A stretch of 64,000 nucleotides of DNA from Eledone cirrhosa. Taxonomy: Eukaryota. The position numbers were made by a program, and so were the translations under genes. Below, piece after piece: positions 52,100 through 64,000 of the stretch. The stretch spans positions 225,928,001-225,992,000 of the forward strand of contig OZ024740.1 in NCBI GenBank assembly GCA_964016885.1, given 5' to 3'. Position 1 is the first letter of the stretch. The number at the start of each line of letters is the position of its first letter. The notes beneath the pieces are model-generated. The model worked only from the letters and a program-made list of their open reading frames with translations, was not told where the DNA came from and did not search any database.

Positions 52100-52730
52100 T
52101 ATATTCTCTATATTTTGTGATTTTGTTTCTCAACAGTAAGAATTACTAGATACCACCTCATAAGTAACCTCCTCCAACTAATCCAGCTGAATCCCCAAGA
52201 GAGACCAGCCAATCTCATGGAATGTATCCAAACATCTTGGTCGAGGTCTACCTGGAGATCGCATGCCCGTTGGTTTTGCCCATAAAATCTGCCCATTGAT
52301 TCTTTCCTGAGACATTATAATCATATGCTCATAATATCAGGGCTATGATATCTCAATTCAGAGAGGTAGTGGCTCAACCTAGAATGACTCTCTGATCTCT
52401 GAGCTACACACACTATCGAATAACCTTATTCCAAAGACCCTTCGTAGGAACCCCATTTCGGCCGCTTGTGTCTCGCAATTGTATTCTTTAAGTCATTACC
52501 CAAGTTTCAGGACCATAGTTAAGGGTTGGGAAGAATACCAAATTGAAGATAGCAAGTTTGGCTTTTGCAGCTGCCAGTCATGGTACCACTTCCAACCTGG
52601 CTGCTCATGTCAATCCTGTTCATGAAGATAATTAAGAAGAGAGGTGACAGTATGCGCCCCTTACGGGGTTCAACTTCCACGTTGAATGGTTTCAATTTAG
52701 CATCATTTATCTGAATTCAAATACTTTAGA
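52100..52730 (-). mobile_element. Degenerate RTE-type LINE fragment
   Basis: Remnant ILSPLFLIIFMNRI-like segment, GYSIVCSSEIRESF-like segment and RPRPRCLD 3' motif. Confidence 0.55.
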
Positions 52731-55581
52731 GGACTTTGGGGTTAAGTTGTATTCTATCTTCAGATCAGCAAGTAAAGTGTTCTGGCAGACGATCCGTCGA
52801 CTTTGTAATAAGACCTCCTGCACACCTGCTATCAGGAATGCGTCTGTGGTTCTCCTTCACTGTGGATAATGGCCAGTGACACCCCACCCCACAGAGCTCC
52901 TTCTTTAGACAGGCTGCTGATATTCCGATTTTGTGGAGGACCTCAGCTGTCCAGGGTCCAAAACACCTGGGGTCTCGACGACGACCTGTGCAAAGAGGAA
53001 ACGACCAGACAATATCTAGTATTTGCTTGTGTTTCTCAACTGTAAGAAGTACTAGATACTTCCCCTAGACTGCCATGGCTCAATACGGTCGTCGAAAATT
53101 TATTAAATAAATGATGGGAATATTTCACAATAAATTTATAGATAGATATTGTATATTCTGTGTCCTATACTCTCCCTTTATTGAAATAAGCGTTCAGTAA
53201 GTTCAAAATTAATGGAATAAAAGAGAAAACCACATTTAGGAACTGGTCAATTCTATAAAGCCATGGTATTATTTTCAGATGATTGTAATGAAGTTATGTT
53301 TTTTCATTGTTTATATGTGTGCTTTTGTGGTTATTGGCAATGTTATGATTGTTGTTTTGTTCCATCTGTTTTGTTGTTGCTGTTGTTTGTTATATTTGAT
53401 TTGATTGTTCAGCTTACAAATAACTAATAATTCAAGAGCTACAAACTATTGCTAGCAAACAAACGACATCAGACAATATATGAATAATATCAAAAACTGT
53501 ACAAGAGATAAACAGTTGGATAAACCATAATCAAATAAATGTTCAATAGAGTTAGAAGCATAGCGAATTTCATATCTAAAATATGGCATTTAATCCATGC
53601 CAAAAAGAAGAAAAGATTAATTTCCAGATAGTTTCCCTTGCTATATATGGTAGTGTAATAACAATCTTTGCAACATAAGGTGATTAGTGTGACCTGTAAC
53701 AGAATAAGACTGTCTTCCTTTTCTTTTATTGTTTATTTTCCCCTTTGAATCAGATGAAGTAGTAAAAGAATGCTGAAATTTTACCTAAATTGGATATAGT
53801 ATGTATCAATACATCAGCTAATAAAGTAATCATGTATTAGAATAACTGAGAGTCATGTTCTGTTGGCTCTCATAAACACTTGTTTTGAATACTTGAGTGA
53901 CCTTTTTAATCATGTATCTACTGAAAGAATGATGCATTCTCTAATGCTTACAAATATAGCTTTACATTAATCGAGGGCTGATAAATTAGCTATTGATGGT
54001 CCTGTTCGTAAAGTAAGAGAGAATGTAGGTCTTTAGTTAAATGTGCCAACAATTCAATTCACTTTTCAGTTGTACTCTTGTGTCTTGAATAATCCATCCC
54101 TCCTTATTGATTTTTCAGATTTGTTTCCACCCCCTGCTCTTATTCCAACCCACCAAACCCTGCTTATTAAATTTTACTAAACTATATCTAGCAAAATTTT
54201 ATTTGAAATGGTAGCATTCCTACAATTAATTTCCTTTAGACATTAATTTAAAATTATACATAACAAAAATGTACATTACATGAAATCCCATACATTATAA
54301 ATATGATGGGTTGAGGTCTCAATATGCAAAATAAATGACTAATTCTGGTTTTTAAAGAAAAAATCAATGGAGAAAACCTAAAGAAATTACTGATTTTCTA
54401 CACACCCATCGTCCTGCTTATTCCACCCCGAGAGTGGCTGTTTAACATTACTTGTGTGAATGTCTTTAGTAAGGACATAAATATTTCATCATTTCCTCAT
54501 TGTCTAGAAAACTAATCATCAATTAGCATCTGATTATTTTATAGCCAAGCTGTATGAGGTAACTAGAATCCCAATTCAAAATTGAGCCTTACTTGTAACA
54601 AAATTGTTTATGATTGCTGAGTCATTCTTCTTTATGTTGTGTATCCATTTAGTCCAGTCTCTCAATGGTCTAATTTATAGACATTATGTCTAGAAGAGAT
54701 GAAATGAGAAGCTAGGACATTCTAATGGCATTAACACTTGGAGTGAAGAGCAATTTTCTATAATGAAAAATCAGAATCAAGTCGCCAAAACTAGATACAG
54801 ATAGTATTAAATGAAAGAGAAGCTTTCATCTGATCTCTGATAATGTGTCTATTACCTCTATACTTCCTATTCTTGTATGTAATAGATAATGGGTCACATA
54901 ATTGAGTTTTAGTTTCTTCTGTATAAAGACGTTGTAATACTTGTGCAAGCAACATGGCATGATGGCAAGCTAATAGGTTCTTAGAAAGTTGTGTGTGTGA
55001 CATTGGTTCAATTCTCAGCAGGGATTTATCATTTCATTTATCAGTTTATGACCCTTGTCAATAGCAAGGAGGAACATAGGTAGAAACTAATCAAACTTTC
55101 CCTTTACGACACTACATTAACAGTTTGATAACCATGGAATGTTTACATTTTAGTAATATTTATATTGTGTTCATTTATCATTGACTAAATCTTTTCTTAA
55201 TTATTCTGTTGTCATTCCAAAATATTTTTGGAGATACTGGATTAAGCAGGGCACTCTCTGATTATAGATTTCAAACTTTGGTTTCAAAACCCATAATTGG
55301 AAAATTGAAAGAGCTATTGATTATATGGTATCAGCTCCTCATATTTCAGAGCAGTTTTGCTTGATGAAACCCATGGATGGCATTGAAATAAATAATACAA
55401 TATTTCAAAATAGCTGTAAATCAGGATAATCTTTGTTTCACTCTTGTCTTGGACCATGTTCTAAATTCTGCCATGGAATCATAGAATGCATGGGTTCATC
55501 AGTAGAGTCTAGCAGCCAATAATTTTTTTGTAGGTATTGTCATATTGACTGTGGTGGCTTTTGGTGTGTAAAAAAAGAAGC

Positions 55582-55753
55582 TACCATATTTTTCAGCGTT
55601 GAAGACGCTACTCTTTTCCTACAATAAGTCTCAAAAATCTACCATGCATCCTGGAGGCCGAAGATTGTTTATCATGTTTTTTTGAAATTTTTGGTTGTCA
55701 AAATTAGGGTACATCCTCGAGGATGAAGTGTCTTTGGCACTGGGAAATACAGT
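55582..55753. mobile_element. TcMar/pogo-like MITE relic
   Basis: Termini TACCATATTTTTCAGCG..GAAGAC / GTCTTTGGCACTGGGAAATACAGTA. Confidence 0.55.
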
Positions 55754-56574
55754 ATATTAAGTGGTGTTGTATGGTTTTAATTTGACAGACAATGTCAACA
55801 TGAGTCAGTTTTCAATTCTTACATAGTGAGGTAAATACAGCACAGAATTTGAAATTAGTGAAACAAATATCATTGTTCTTATTTTGCTGTAGTAGATCAT
55901 TAGTTGGGGAGATCTTTTAGACTTGGAGTATGTCGATGCTGTGAACATTCATATGTATGCAAATTGATTTATATTACTGTTTTGGTCTATGTACTTTAAT
56001 ATTTGAAGTGTGTATGGTAATAAGTTTAGCATAGATTCACTTTGGGTGTGCTCTGTGGAGTTAGGCACAAAGTAAACAGTAAATGTTGAGGATTTCTCCA
56101 TGGGAGTACTGCTTATTGAACTGTAATTGTTGTGAAATGGACAAAATGAAGATTTGGCAAAGTACATAGAGATATATTGAGCAAAGGTCCAATAGATTGA
56201 GTGTGGTTGAAACAGCAGGTTGTGCAATACATAGAGGCAACCTACATGGAATGGATTTGGATGAGGGTTTTGTCATAGAGGTGCTGGGTAAATGATATCT
56301 ACGATGTAGTTCTGGATGGTTTTCTTTAAGCCTTGTAAGTTATTTTCATTGCCTTAACTGTTATAATACAACTATGAAAAAATGTCTTGCAGGACTTGGG
56401 GTTGTGAGGTTTGGTTGTGCATGATATGTAGATTTATGTCTCAGAGGATGGTTTCAGCAACTCACCTAACTATTTCTGATGTATCAGAGGTTATGCATAT
56501 ATGCTGCCAAGAATAGTTATCATAAAAAATGACAGCGTTCCAGCCAGTCACCTGATTTGAAGTATTATTAGGTT

Positions 56575-56763
56575 TGTTGGATTGGCAGTATAGGTAGAGG
56601 GTCGGACGCCATGCTTTCCAGCATAGTTACGTCCCTTTACGGTCTGAGTTCAAATCCCGTCGAGGTTGACTTTGCCTTTCATCCTTATGGGGTCGATAAA
56701 ATAAAGTACCAATTAATGCACTGGGTAATTGCTGGCCTTGTGCCTAAAGTAGAAACAATTATT
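56575..56763 (+). mobile_element. tRNA-derived SINE with TSD ATTATTAGGTTT
   Basis: Family match; 12-bp direct repeat on both sides. Confidence 0.9.
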
Positions 56764-58449
56764 AGGTTTCGAAGATAGGGGGTTGGTGGTATGTATTTGT
56801 AATAAGGTAGTTATCATACAATTTGATAGAGATGGTGTTTCTTTGGTAGAAATTGATTTTGGACAAACAAAAGCCATCAAGGGTATTTGGAGTGTCTGTT
56901 AGTGGATCAGAGCATTGAAAAGGGGATGAAGTTATTTGATGTATAGAATTGAAGATTGTGAAAGATTCAGTTTATCCACTTACAGCATGAATGTATAAAC
57001 ACATGTGAGTGTTGACATTATTGTTAATATCATAGGAGTGAATTGAAAATAGTTGAAATATCAATGAAAATAATTTTGAACGACTTAAACATCTAGAATG
57101 ATAAAATATTTTGGCCTTTCAGTAGCTGGTACTAACAGTGATCATAAACCTCCTCCGGCACAATGCAGTTTCTTCCTAACTGTGATATGTCCCCATTGTA
57201 TTTGTCTTGATAAAAGCTGATTAAGTATAAGCTGTAGGGATTCAAGGCATCTGGTTACTAATATGTACCAAGCCTCTGTAATATAGTGATAGAAGTTTTT
57301 GTTATAATGATTTTGTTCCTCTAGATGAGAATAACATTGCTGCTCGTGGCAACCAGGGCTCTATACCTTGATGTAACCAACCTGTGTTTGGTCTGAGACT
57401 GTTTATTTTTTAAGCATATTTGCAGCTAACCCTTATCTCAGCTATCTGGGGAATATGTACAATTACAGATCTATTTGACTTATTGTATTCCAATAGGTAC
57501 TACCACAACTGATCAGATTGGAGCTGTGAGTAAAGGCAATGAAGGCATCACCTTCACTCCCCAGAACACCAGAATTAAAACGTCATCACTAGATGCACTT
57601 TAGTAAGTTGTTGTTGTTGGACCTCTGTTAGTTCTATTGACAAATGTTCCAGCTCTGTAATCAACAAAATAGCCTGTTCGTGAAATTAGTGTACAGGTGG
57701 CTCACCATACTGCGAACACATATCCCCTCCGGAAATCAAACTCACAAATTTATGATCGTTAACTGCACAGCCTAATTACTAAGCAATGAATCATGTAGGT
57801 ACAATAAGTTATAATTATGACGAAACAAGTAGAAAATATGATTATTCTAAATAATTTGTGAATATCAAAGGTACAGTACTGAAATAAGTGGGATTGTTCA
57901 AAGGTTTCATATTTAATCATTGTTTCCATATCTATATTTTAAAAGAAAAGCTCTTTCTCCCCTGTCAGTCTGTAACAACATATATGTAGAAGGAAGGGAC
58001 AGGGGATGTGTGAAAAATAGTTGTTGTTGAGAAACAGTGAGAGAAAGAGTTTGTGTGAAAGAGAAGTGGATAGTTTAAAGTGTAATTCAACTATATGGTG
58101 ACACCATAATAACAAATTGACATATTTCAATATCTTCATTAGGAAACCTTTCCCTGAAGTTTACAAAGGTCTTTCCCATTATTGTGTGTAAATCATCCAT
58201 TTGTATAAAACAACAACTTTTTCCCTCCTACATATATGTTTGATGGACAGGCAGAGGGAGAAACAACTTTTCCTTTATAATACAGATAGATTGTTCAACA
58301 GTATTCAAACTGTTATTAATCTTCAACGAGAAAGTCATTCTAAACGTTATTTGAACAATTTATGAAGTTACATACATGATTAACTAATATTTTTACTGCC
58401 AGTGTAGTGACAGGTAATGACCTAGCTTCTTATGAAAGTCATTTTAGAG

Positions 58450-58630
58450 ATAATTGCTTCTACTTTTGGCACAAGGGCAGCAATTATCCCAGTGTATTAC
58501 TGGTACTTTATTTTATCGACCCCAAAAGGCAAAGTTAATCTCGGCGAGATATGAACTCAGACCATAAAGGGCTGTAACTCTTTGCTGCAAAGCATGGCAT
58601 CCAACCCTCTACCAATACTGCCAATCCACC
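58450..58630 (-). mobile_element. tRNA-derived SINE
   Basis: Family match on the reverse strand. Confidence 0.85.
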
Positions 58631-59444
58631 GGAATTTGGAGGCATTTAGTAATACAACTTACGAAGACAGTATTTGGAACATAACCTAACAAAGCTCTTA
58701 CACAAAATTTTACGTAAATATAAACACTAAAAAACAAATAGCTTTGTATCAAGGAATCAGAAGTGGTTTGGTATGGGAAGTGTTAAAATATTCTAACATC
58801 ATGTAATGACAGAAGAGCTGTCATAGCTTTTTTTCCTGACAAGTATTTTAGTACACTAAAATAAACAGCTTGTTCAAGGAAGAAGATTTATTCTAGATTA
58901 TTCTACCTGTTGTCCCAATATTTTCAACTGCAACATTTTGCCATTCTTGTCTGTTTATTCCCTGAAACATAACATTTTATATATTTCATATGCGCTTCAT
59001 TTTATATATTCCTTCGATCTTTTTTATGTTCTCTCTTCTTTGAATTACATCAATAGCTTATTTTTTTTTCTTTCAAATTTTGGTAGGAATTATAATTAAA
59101 CATAAAAGTGGAAAGTTTCCACAGAGGTTGTTATCAAATTTCTTGATGAAATGAAACATATCTGCACAAATGATCTCATAAATTCTTACACTATCCCTTG
59201 AGAATTCTGATACAGTTGGAAGAATCTATGAATACTAATAAGTTGTTATTGAAAAAAAAAATGGCAAAGAAATAAGAATAAAACATTTGATTTACAATCT
59301 GACACATAACATAAATATTCATCTGAATGTTCCTTCTGGGAATATATAGTCAGTTATCAGAGAAATGATGGCTTGGCTTAATTCTTCTAAATTTTCGCCA
59401 ATATGATGTACAAAAAATAAAAATACTTTAAATGAATATACTTA

Positions 59445-59543
59445 TACAGTATATATATATGTATATATATATGTGTGTGTATGCATGTATATATACAAAC
59501 ATACATACACACACACATATATATATATATACACATGTGTATG

Positions 59544-59579
<36 letters not shown>

Positions 59580-59686
59580 TGTATTTGTATATATGTATAT
59601 ATACACACATGTATGTACGTATATATATATTTATATACACACACATGTATATATATAATATACATATACAGAAATGTACAACACAC

Positions 59687-59734
<48 letters not shown>

Positions 59735-59760
59735 CAATGGCTGTGTGTGTGTATGTGTAA
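59445..59760. repeat. Compound (TA)/(CA)/(TG) microsatellite
   Basis: Direct inspection. Confidence 0.95.
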
Positions 59761-60593
59761 TGTTCTATCATTGTTGTTCATTCAAAAATATTAGCTACAC
59801 CTGGGAATACCATTGTTTTATTATAAAATTATTAAAGTTTATCTATGGAGAGTAATTGGTTGGAAGTCTTCGTTTGCAGCAAAACAGCTTTATATCAGTT
59901 TAAGAACTTTCACAAAAATGATTTCATTTTTTTAAATAAATAATTTTTTTTTCATCTTTATATCGTGTTTCTTTCATTAACACTGGTAATGTTTTAAGAG
60001 CATACTTCTCCCTCAAGGTCAGCCAGCAATATTCCTGCTATGTATTTGCTAACTCACTATGCAAAAACATGTAGAATTCTTAAATTTAATTTGTCATACC
60101 TCGCTACAACATTTTGTCACTGTGACATTGTTGATGTTTTCCTTTTGTTTTCATATATTTCATTCAATAACTTTTGTCTTCTTTTGCGAATCATTTGGAT
60201 ATTCATGTATCTTCAGCTTTTGCTTCATAATTTGGTAAGTCTCGAGGAAAGGGAGGAGTTTGTTGTTGCTGTTTATATATATCTAAATTTATTTACAATT
60301 TTTTTTTTGTGTCAGCTGACCTCCTAGCATGTGCACAAAAACTACTGAAAATACATGATATATTTGTCAATTAAACATGGAAAAAAAGATGATAAATGTA
60401 CAAATTAGACAGGAATTATGGCAATGCTTTACTGAAGAACTCAAGCAGAAGCAAATGATGTAAAACATTGATTCATGCAGAAAGTGGTGTAACTAACAGT
60501 AGTATATAGTAAACATAAGTATATAGCAGAATGTGGCAGCATATAAGTAAATATTGTTGGTGCTGAAATAAAAAGCTGGTAGTTCCCAAAGCA

Positions 60594-61028
60594 TTAACCC
60601 TTTAGCATTAACATTATTTTAGGATTGGCAAAGGGCGGTGGATTGGCAGTATCGGTAGAGAGTCGGACACCATGATTTGAAGCATAGAGTTACGTCCCTT
60701 TATGATCTGAGTTCAAATCCCACCGAGGTTAACTTTGCCTTTCATCCTTACGGGGTCGATAAAATAAAGTACCAGTAATGTACTGGGTAATTGCTGGCCT
60801 TGTGCCTAAAATAGAAACAATTATTTTATATATACTATTATATTTTAATGGTAAAGGCTTTACCTCACATAATTATCTTACATAATATCGAATCTATGAG
60901 ATTTTGAAAGTATTTATTTTGAAAACAATACCTTAACATCAGTTTGAGTGACCAGTTACAGCCAGTTTCGACAGAAAGAGGTAGAGAACTCTGGCCAATT
61001 TTGGCCGGTTTGAACATTAAAGGGTTAA
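60594..61028. mobile_element. piggyBac-like MITE interrupted by a SINE (60632-60824, +)
   Basis: TTAA CCCTTTA...TAAAGGG TTAA; matches 28785-29013 once the SINE is removed. Confidence 0.85.
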
Positions 61029-61104
61029 GATTAGAGGATGATGGAAACCACAACAGCCACAATATTCCTCTTTTGAGCAATCCATCTAGATATTAATAGC
61101 TTAA

Positions 61105-61820
61105 TAATGCTTTCTGATTTAGGCACAAAGCCAACAATTTTGTGGGAAGAGGAAAGTCAACTAAATTGACACCAGTGCCTTACGGGCACTTTGTCTTATT
61201 GTCCCGGTAAGGATGAAAAGAAAAGCTAACCTCAACAGGATTTCAACTCAGAACATAAAGGACTGTAACTATATCCGCAAATCATGTTATGTCACTCTAC
61301 TGCTACTGCCATTCTACTGCCATTTATTATTAGCTTAATAATTGTTTCTACTTTAGGCACAAGGCCAGCAATTACCCAGTACATTACTGGTACTTTATTT
61401 TATCGGCCCCGTAAGGATAAAAGGCAAAGTTAACCTAGGCGGGATTTGAACTCAGACCGTAAAGGGACGTATCTATGCTGGTAAGCATGGCGTCCGACTC
61501 TCTACCGATACTGCCAATCCGATACCAAAGCAGTGAATTTGGCTGAGCTGTTAGAGCATTGGTTATTTGTTCCTTATCTCTGCTTTTTGAGATCAAATAC
61601 CAATATTTATTATTTCAAATGAAATAATAATAAGGGCGGTGAATTGGCAGTATCGGTAGAGGGTCGGACATGCTTTCCAGCAGAGTTACGTCCCTTTACG
61701 ATCTGAGTTCAAATCCCTCCTTGGTTAACTTTGCCTTTCATCCTTACGGTGTCGATAAAATAAAGTACCAGTAATGTACTGGGTAATTGCTGGCCTTGTA
61801 CCAAAAGTAGAAACAATTAT
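61105..61820. mobile_element. Cluster of three SINEs: ~61105-61322 (-), ~61338-61520 (-), ~61633-61820 (+)
   Basis: Family matches; TSDs TATTAWTAGCTTAATAAT and ATTATTTCAAATGAAA. Confidence 0.85.
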
Positions 61821-61989
61821 TTCAAATGAAATAATAGAACACAGAGAAATATGTGTACATGCATAAACCATATTAAAATAATGTCATAATGTCATGAGGG
61901 AGATAAAATAAAAGCTGCCAAAGCATTTCTATCATTGGTTTTTTGCTGAATTACGGTGACTTTTACATTCAGTTCTTCTGTGACCATTC

Positions 61990-62590
61990 TTTGGAATGTG
62001 GTCTTCAGTCTTTGTTTCTTGTGGTGACCTGATAGTTGATTTAGCAGAAGACACTCAGCATGAAGTTCCTAATTGGATGCTAGATTTGTTGACCAATCCA
62101 TGACAATCGTCAGTTTTGTACCTGAGGTTAGAGGTGTGACTGCTCTGTCCATGTGAAAATTTCTGCATTTGTTATGCGATCTTGGTATATGTGCAGACAA
62201 TTTATGTCAAATGTGTTCACAGCTAGTTTTTTTGTTTTTTTTTTGTATGCATGATCTATGTCTCGCAGCCATAAAGAAACATTGGCAGACAGTGTATTAT
62301 ACATCCGTAACTTCAAATGAATACTGATGCTTACTTTCCAAATCTGTCAAAGGTCACTCATTGCCTTATAGGCTAATGCTCTTGTGTGAAGTATGTCTTC
62401 CTCATCAGTGTGATTACAGCTGACGACCTTTGAGCCTAAGTAGATAAAGGTAATGGTTCTTCTGAGTTTAGTATTATTTGCAAATATTCCATTATCGTTA
62501 TCAATGTTTGAACACATGTAGTCTGTTTTTGCGATGTTTAGTTCCAGGCAAACAGTGTGTGCTTTGCATATTAATCGATTTAAATGCCCA
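61990..62590 (-). mobile_element. Degenerate RTE-type LINE fragment
   Basis: LELNIAKT, FIYLGS, KLRMYNT, LAVNTFDINCL, RRLSWIG remnants. Confidence 0.7.
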
Positions 62591-62957
62591 TATCACTGCA
62601 GAGAGTTAAGAATCAACCATAGGAAGATAAACATTCCACCAAACGATGAATGACTACAGAATAAGGTGCACTAATTTCTTTCAACAGAACAACTTGCATG
62701 ACCTGCAGTCACAATTCCACCATAGTGATGCTTGTGAATGGAGATGGTTACATCCTGCCCGGCCATTAAAATCAACTGGACCTAATAGCAGTAAAATCTG
62801 AATGGATGGGGTCCTTCACTAACTGTCGAGCATATTCTAGTGTTGAAATAAACTCAGATCATAGAATTGTGTCCTGTCAAATACCATTAAGGTCCACTTT
62901 GCTGGGACAGCTCTCTCTCCTACCCATTGTCACATCCTGAATATTTCTCTGAATCAA

Positions 62958-63067
62958 AATAATTGTTTCTACTTTTGGCACAAGGCCAGCAATTATCCCA
63001 GTGCATTACTGGTACTTTATTTTATCGACCCCGTGACAAAGGCAAAGGCAAAGTTAACCTCGGCGAG
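62958..63067 (-). mobile_element. 5'-truncated SINE
   Basis: 3' half of the family consensus. Confidence 0.8.
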
Positions 63068-64000
63068 AATGAGTCAAATAATATTTCTACAAGTTGAAAA
63101 CAGTAAACTCTAACTGTTAGCATTATCATGTTTCTATTAATTCCCTATGTAATCGTTTGACCAAATGCTTTCCTTATTTGTTTTTTTTTGTTATTTTTTT
63201 AAATGTTATTCTTTCTTTAAGACATTTTTTTAAAGATATCTTTTTAAAGCAAAGCATTGGTCCCTAAAATACTACAGTCGGTCTCTGAAATACTACCATG
63301 GACCCTGCAGTGCTACTGTGGGGCCCCCTGGGGCCCAATTGCCACTGAGCAGCCTGGCAACCTGGCCAGTCTGCCACTGGTGATACAAGTAGTTTAGTTT
63401 TAAAGAAACAATACTACAAGATCTTCATAAGTGCTATCATTGTTTAGATGCAAGTCAGTCATAATGAAGCAAATCTAAGATCAAAGACATTCCAATTCTA
63501 ATGGCTGAATACGCAGGACTACATTATCTAACACTTCACTTTCTAAGATGGTAAGCTGTGAGTCAGGAGAATTTGGCTGTCATTTATAACACGTCAAGCT
63601 CCAAGTCATATAGTATCATATTTTAACACTTTCTACTCTGACTCCATACCTTCTACATGAAAATCACTGTAAAAGTTATATTCATTAATTAGACATTGAA
63701 CTCAGTAAAATTGTGGTTGGGTGAAATTTGCTTTGGTACAGTGCATCACTATATTTTTGTATCATATTCCATATTAGCCAATTCCCATGAAAATAAACTA
63801 TCTCATTTAGGTATATATAGAACAAATCAGTCACCAACAAATTCTTTTGATTCTACTATCTCTTGGAAACAGATGTTGGCTGTGATAGCAGTCCAGCGAT
63901 TTCAGCGGGCTGCCAAACTGACTGCACAGGTTAGTAAGTACATGCGACAACTCACTGCATTACCTTCTTTAGTTTATTCACCTTTCTACATTCATGCATT

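Noticed and set aside
54560-57000. Possible decayed LTR-retrotransposon (BEL/Pao-like) on the minus strand
   Set aside because: Only vague compositional hints; no diagnostic motif or LTR could be shown.
28785-61322. MITE followed by a same-orientation SINE at both 28.8-29.3 kb and 60.6-61.3 kb, suggesting segmental duplication
   Set aside because: The spacers between MITE and SINE and the outer flanks are unrelated, so these are independent insertions.

Overview
AT-rich, microsatellite-dense animal genomic DNA with no recognisable host protein-coding exon; an octopus/cephalopod source is inferred from the SINE types and (TA)n density. Nearly all interpretable sequence is transposable-element derived. 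(1) Several GIY-YIG Penelope-like retroelements (PLEs): a near-complete frameshifted copy at 11.5-13.7 kb, a second family at 19.9-23.5 kb with a 5'-truncated sister at 16.5-18.1 kb, and two internally deleted Neptune-type relics. (2) Many tRNA-derived SINEs, RTE-LINE fragments, mariner/piggyBac-type MITEs and one non-autonomous Helitron. (3) The most notable signal: at least five unrelated small non-coding elements carrying type I hammerhead ribozymes (HHRs), all in or next to (TA)n tracts. They include a ~650-nt HHR tandem array with a 5' inversion that starts at the cleavage site, and fold-back dyads whose longer arm ends in a structured tail with a GAGnnCTC-like motif. All motifs were found by eye; coordinates of degenerate repeats are approximate.
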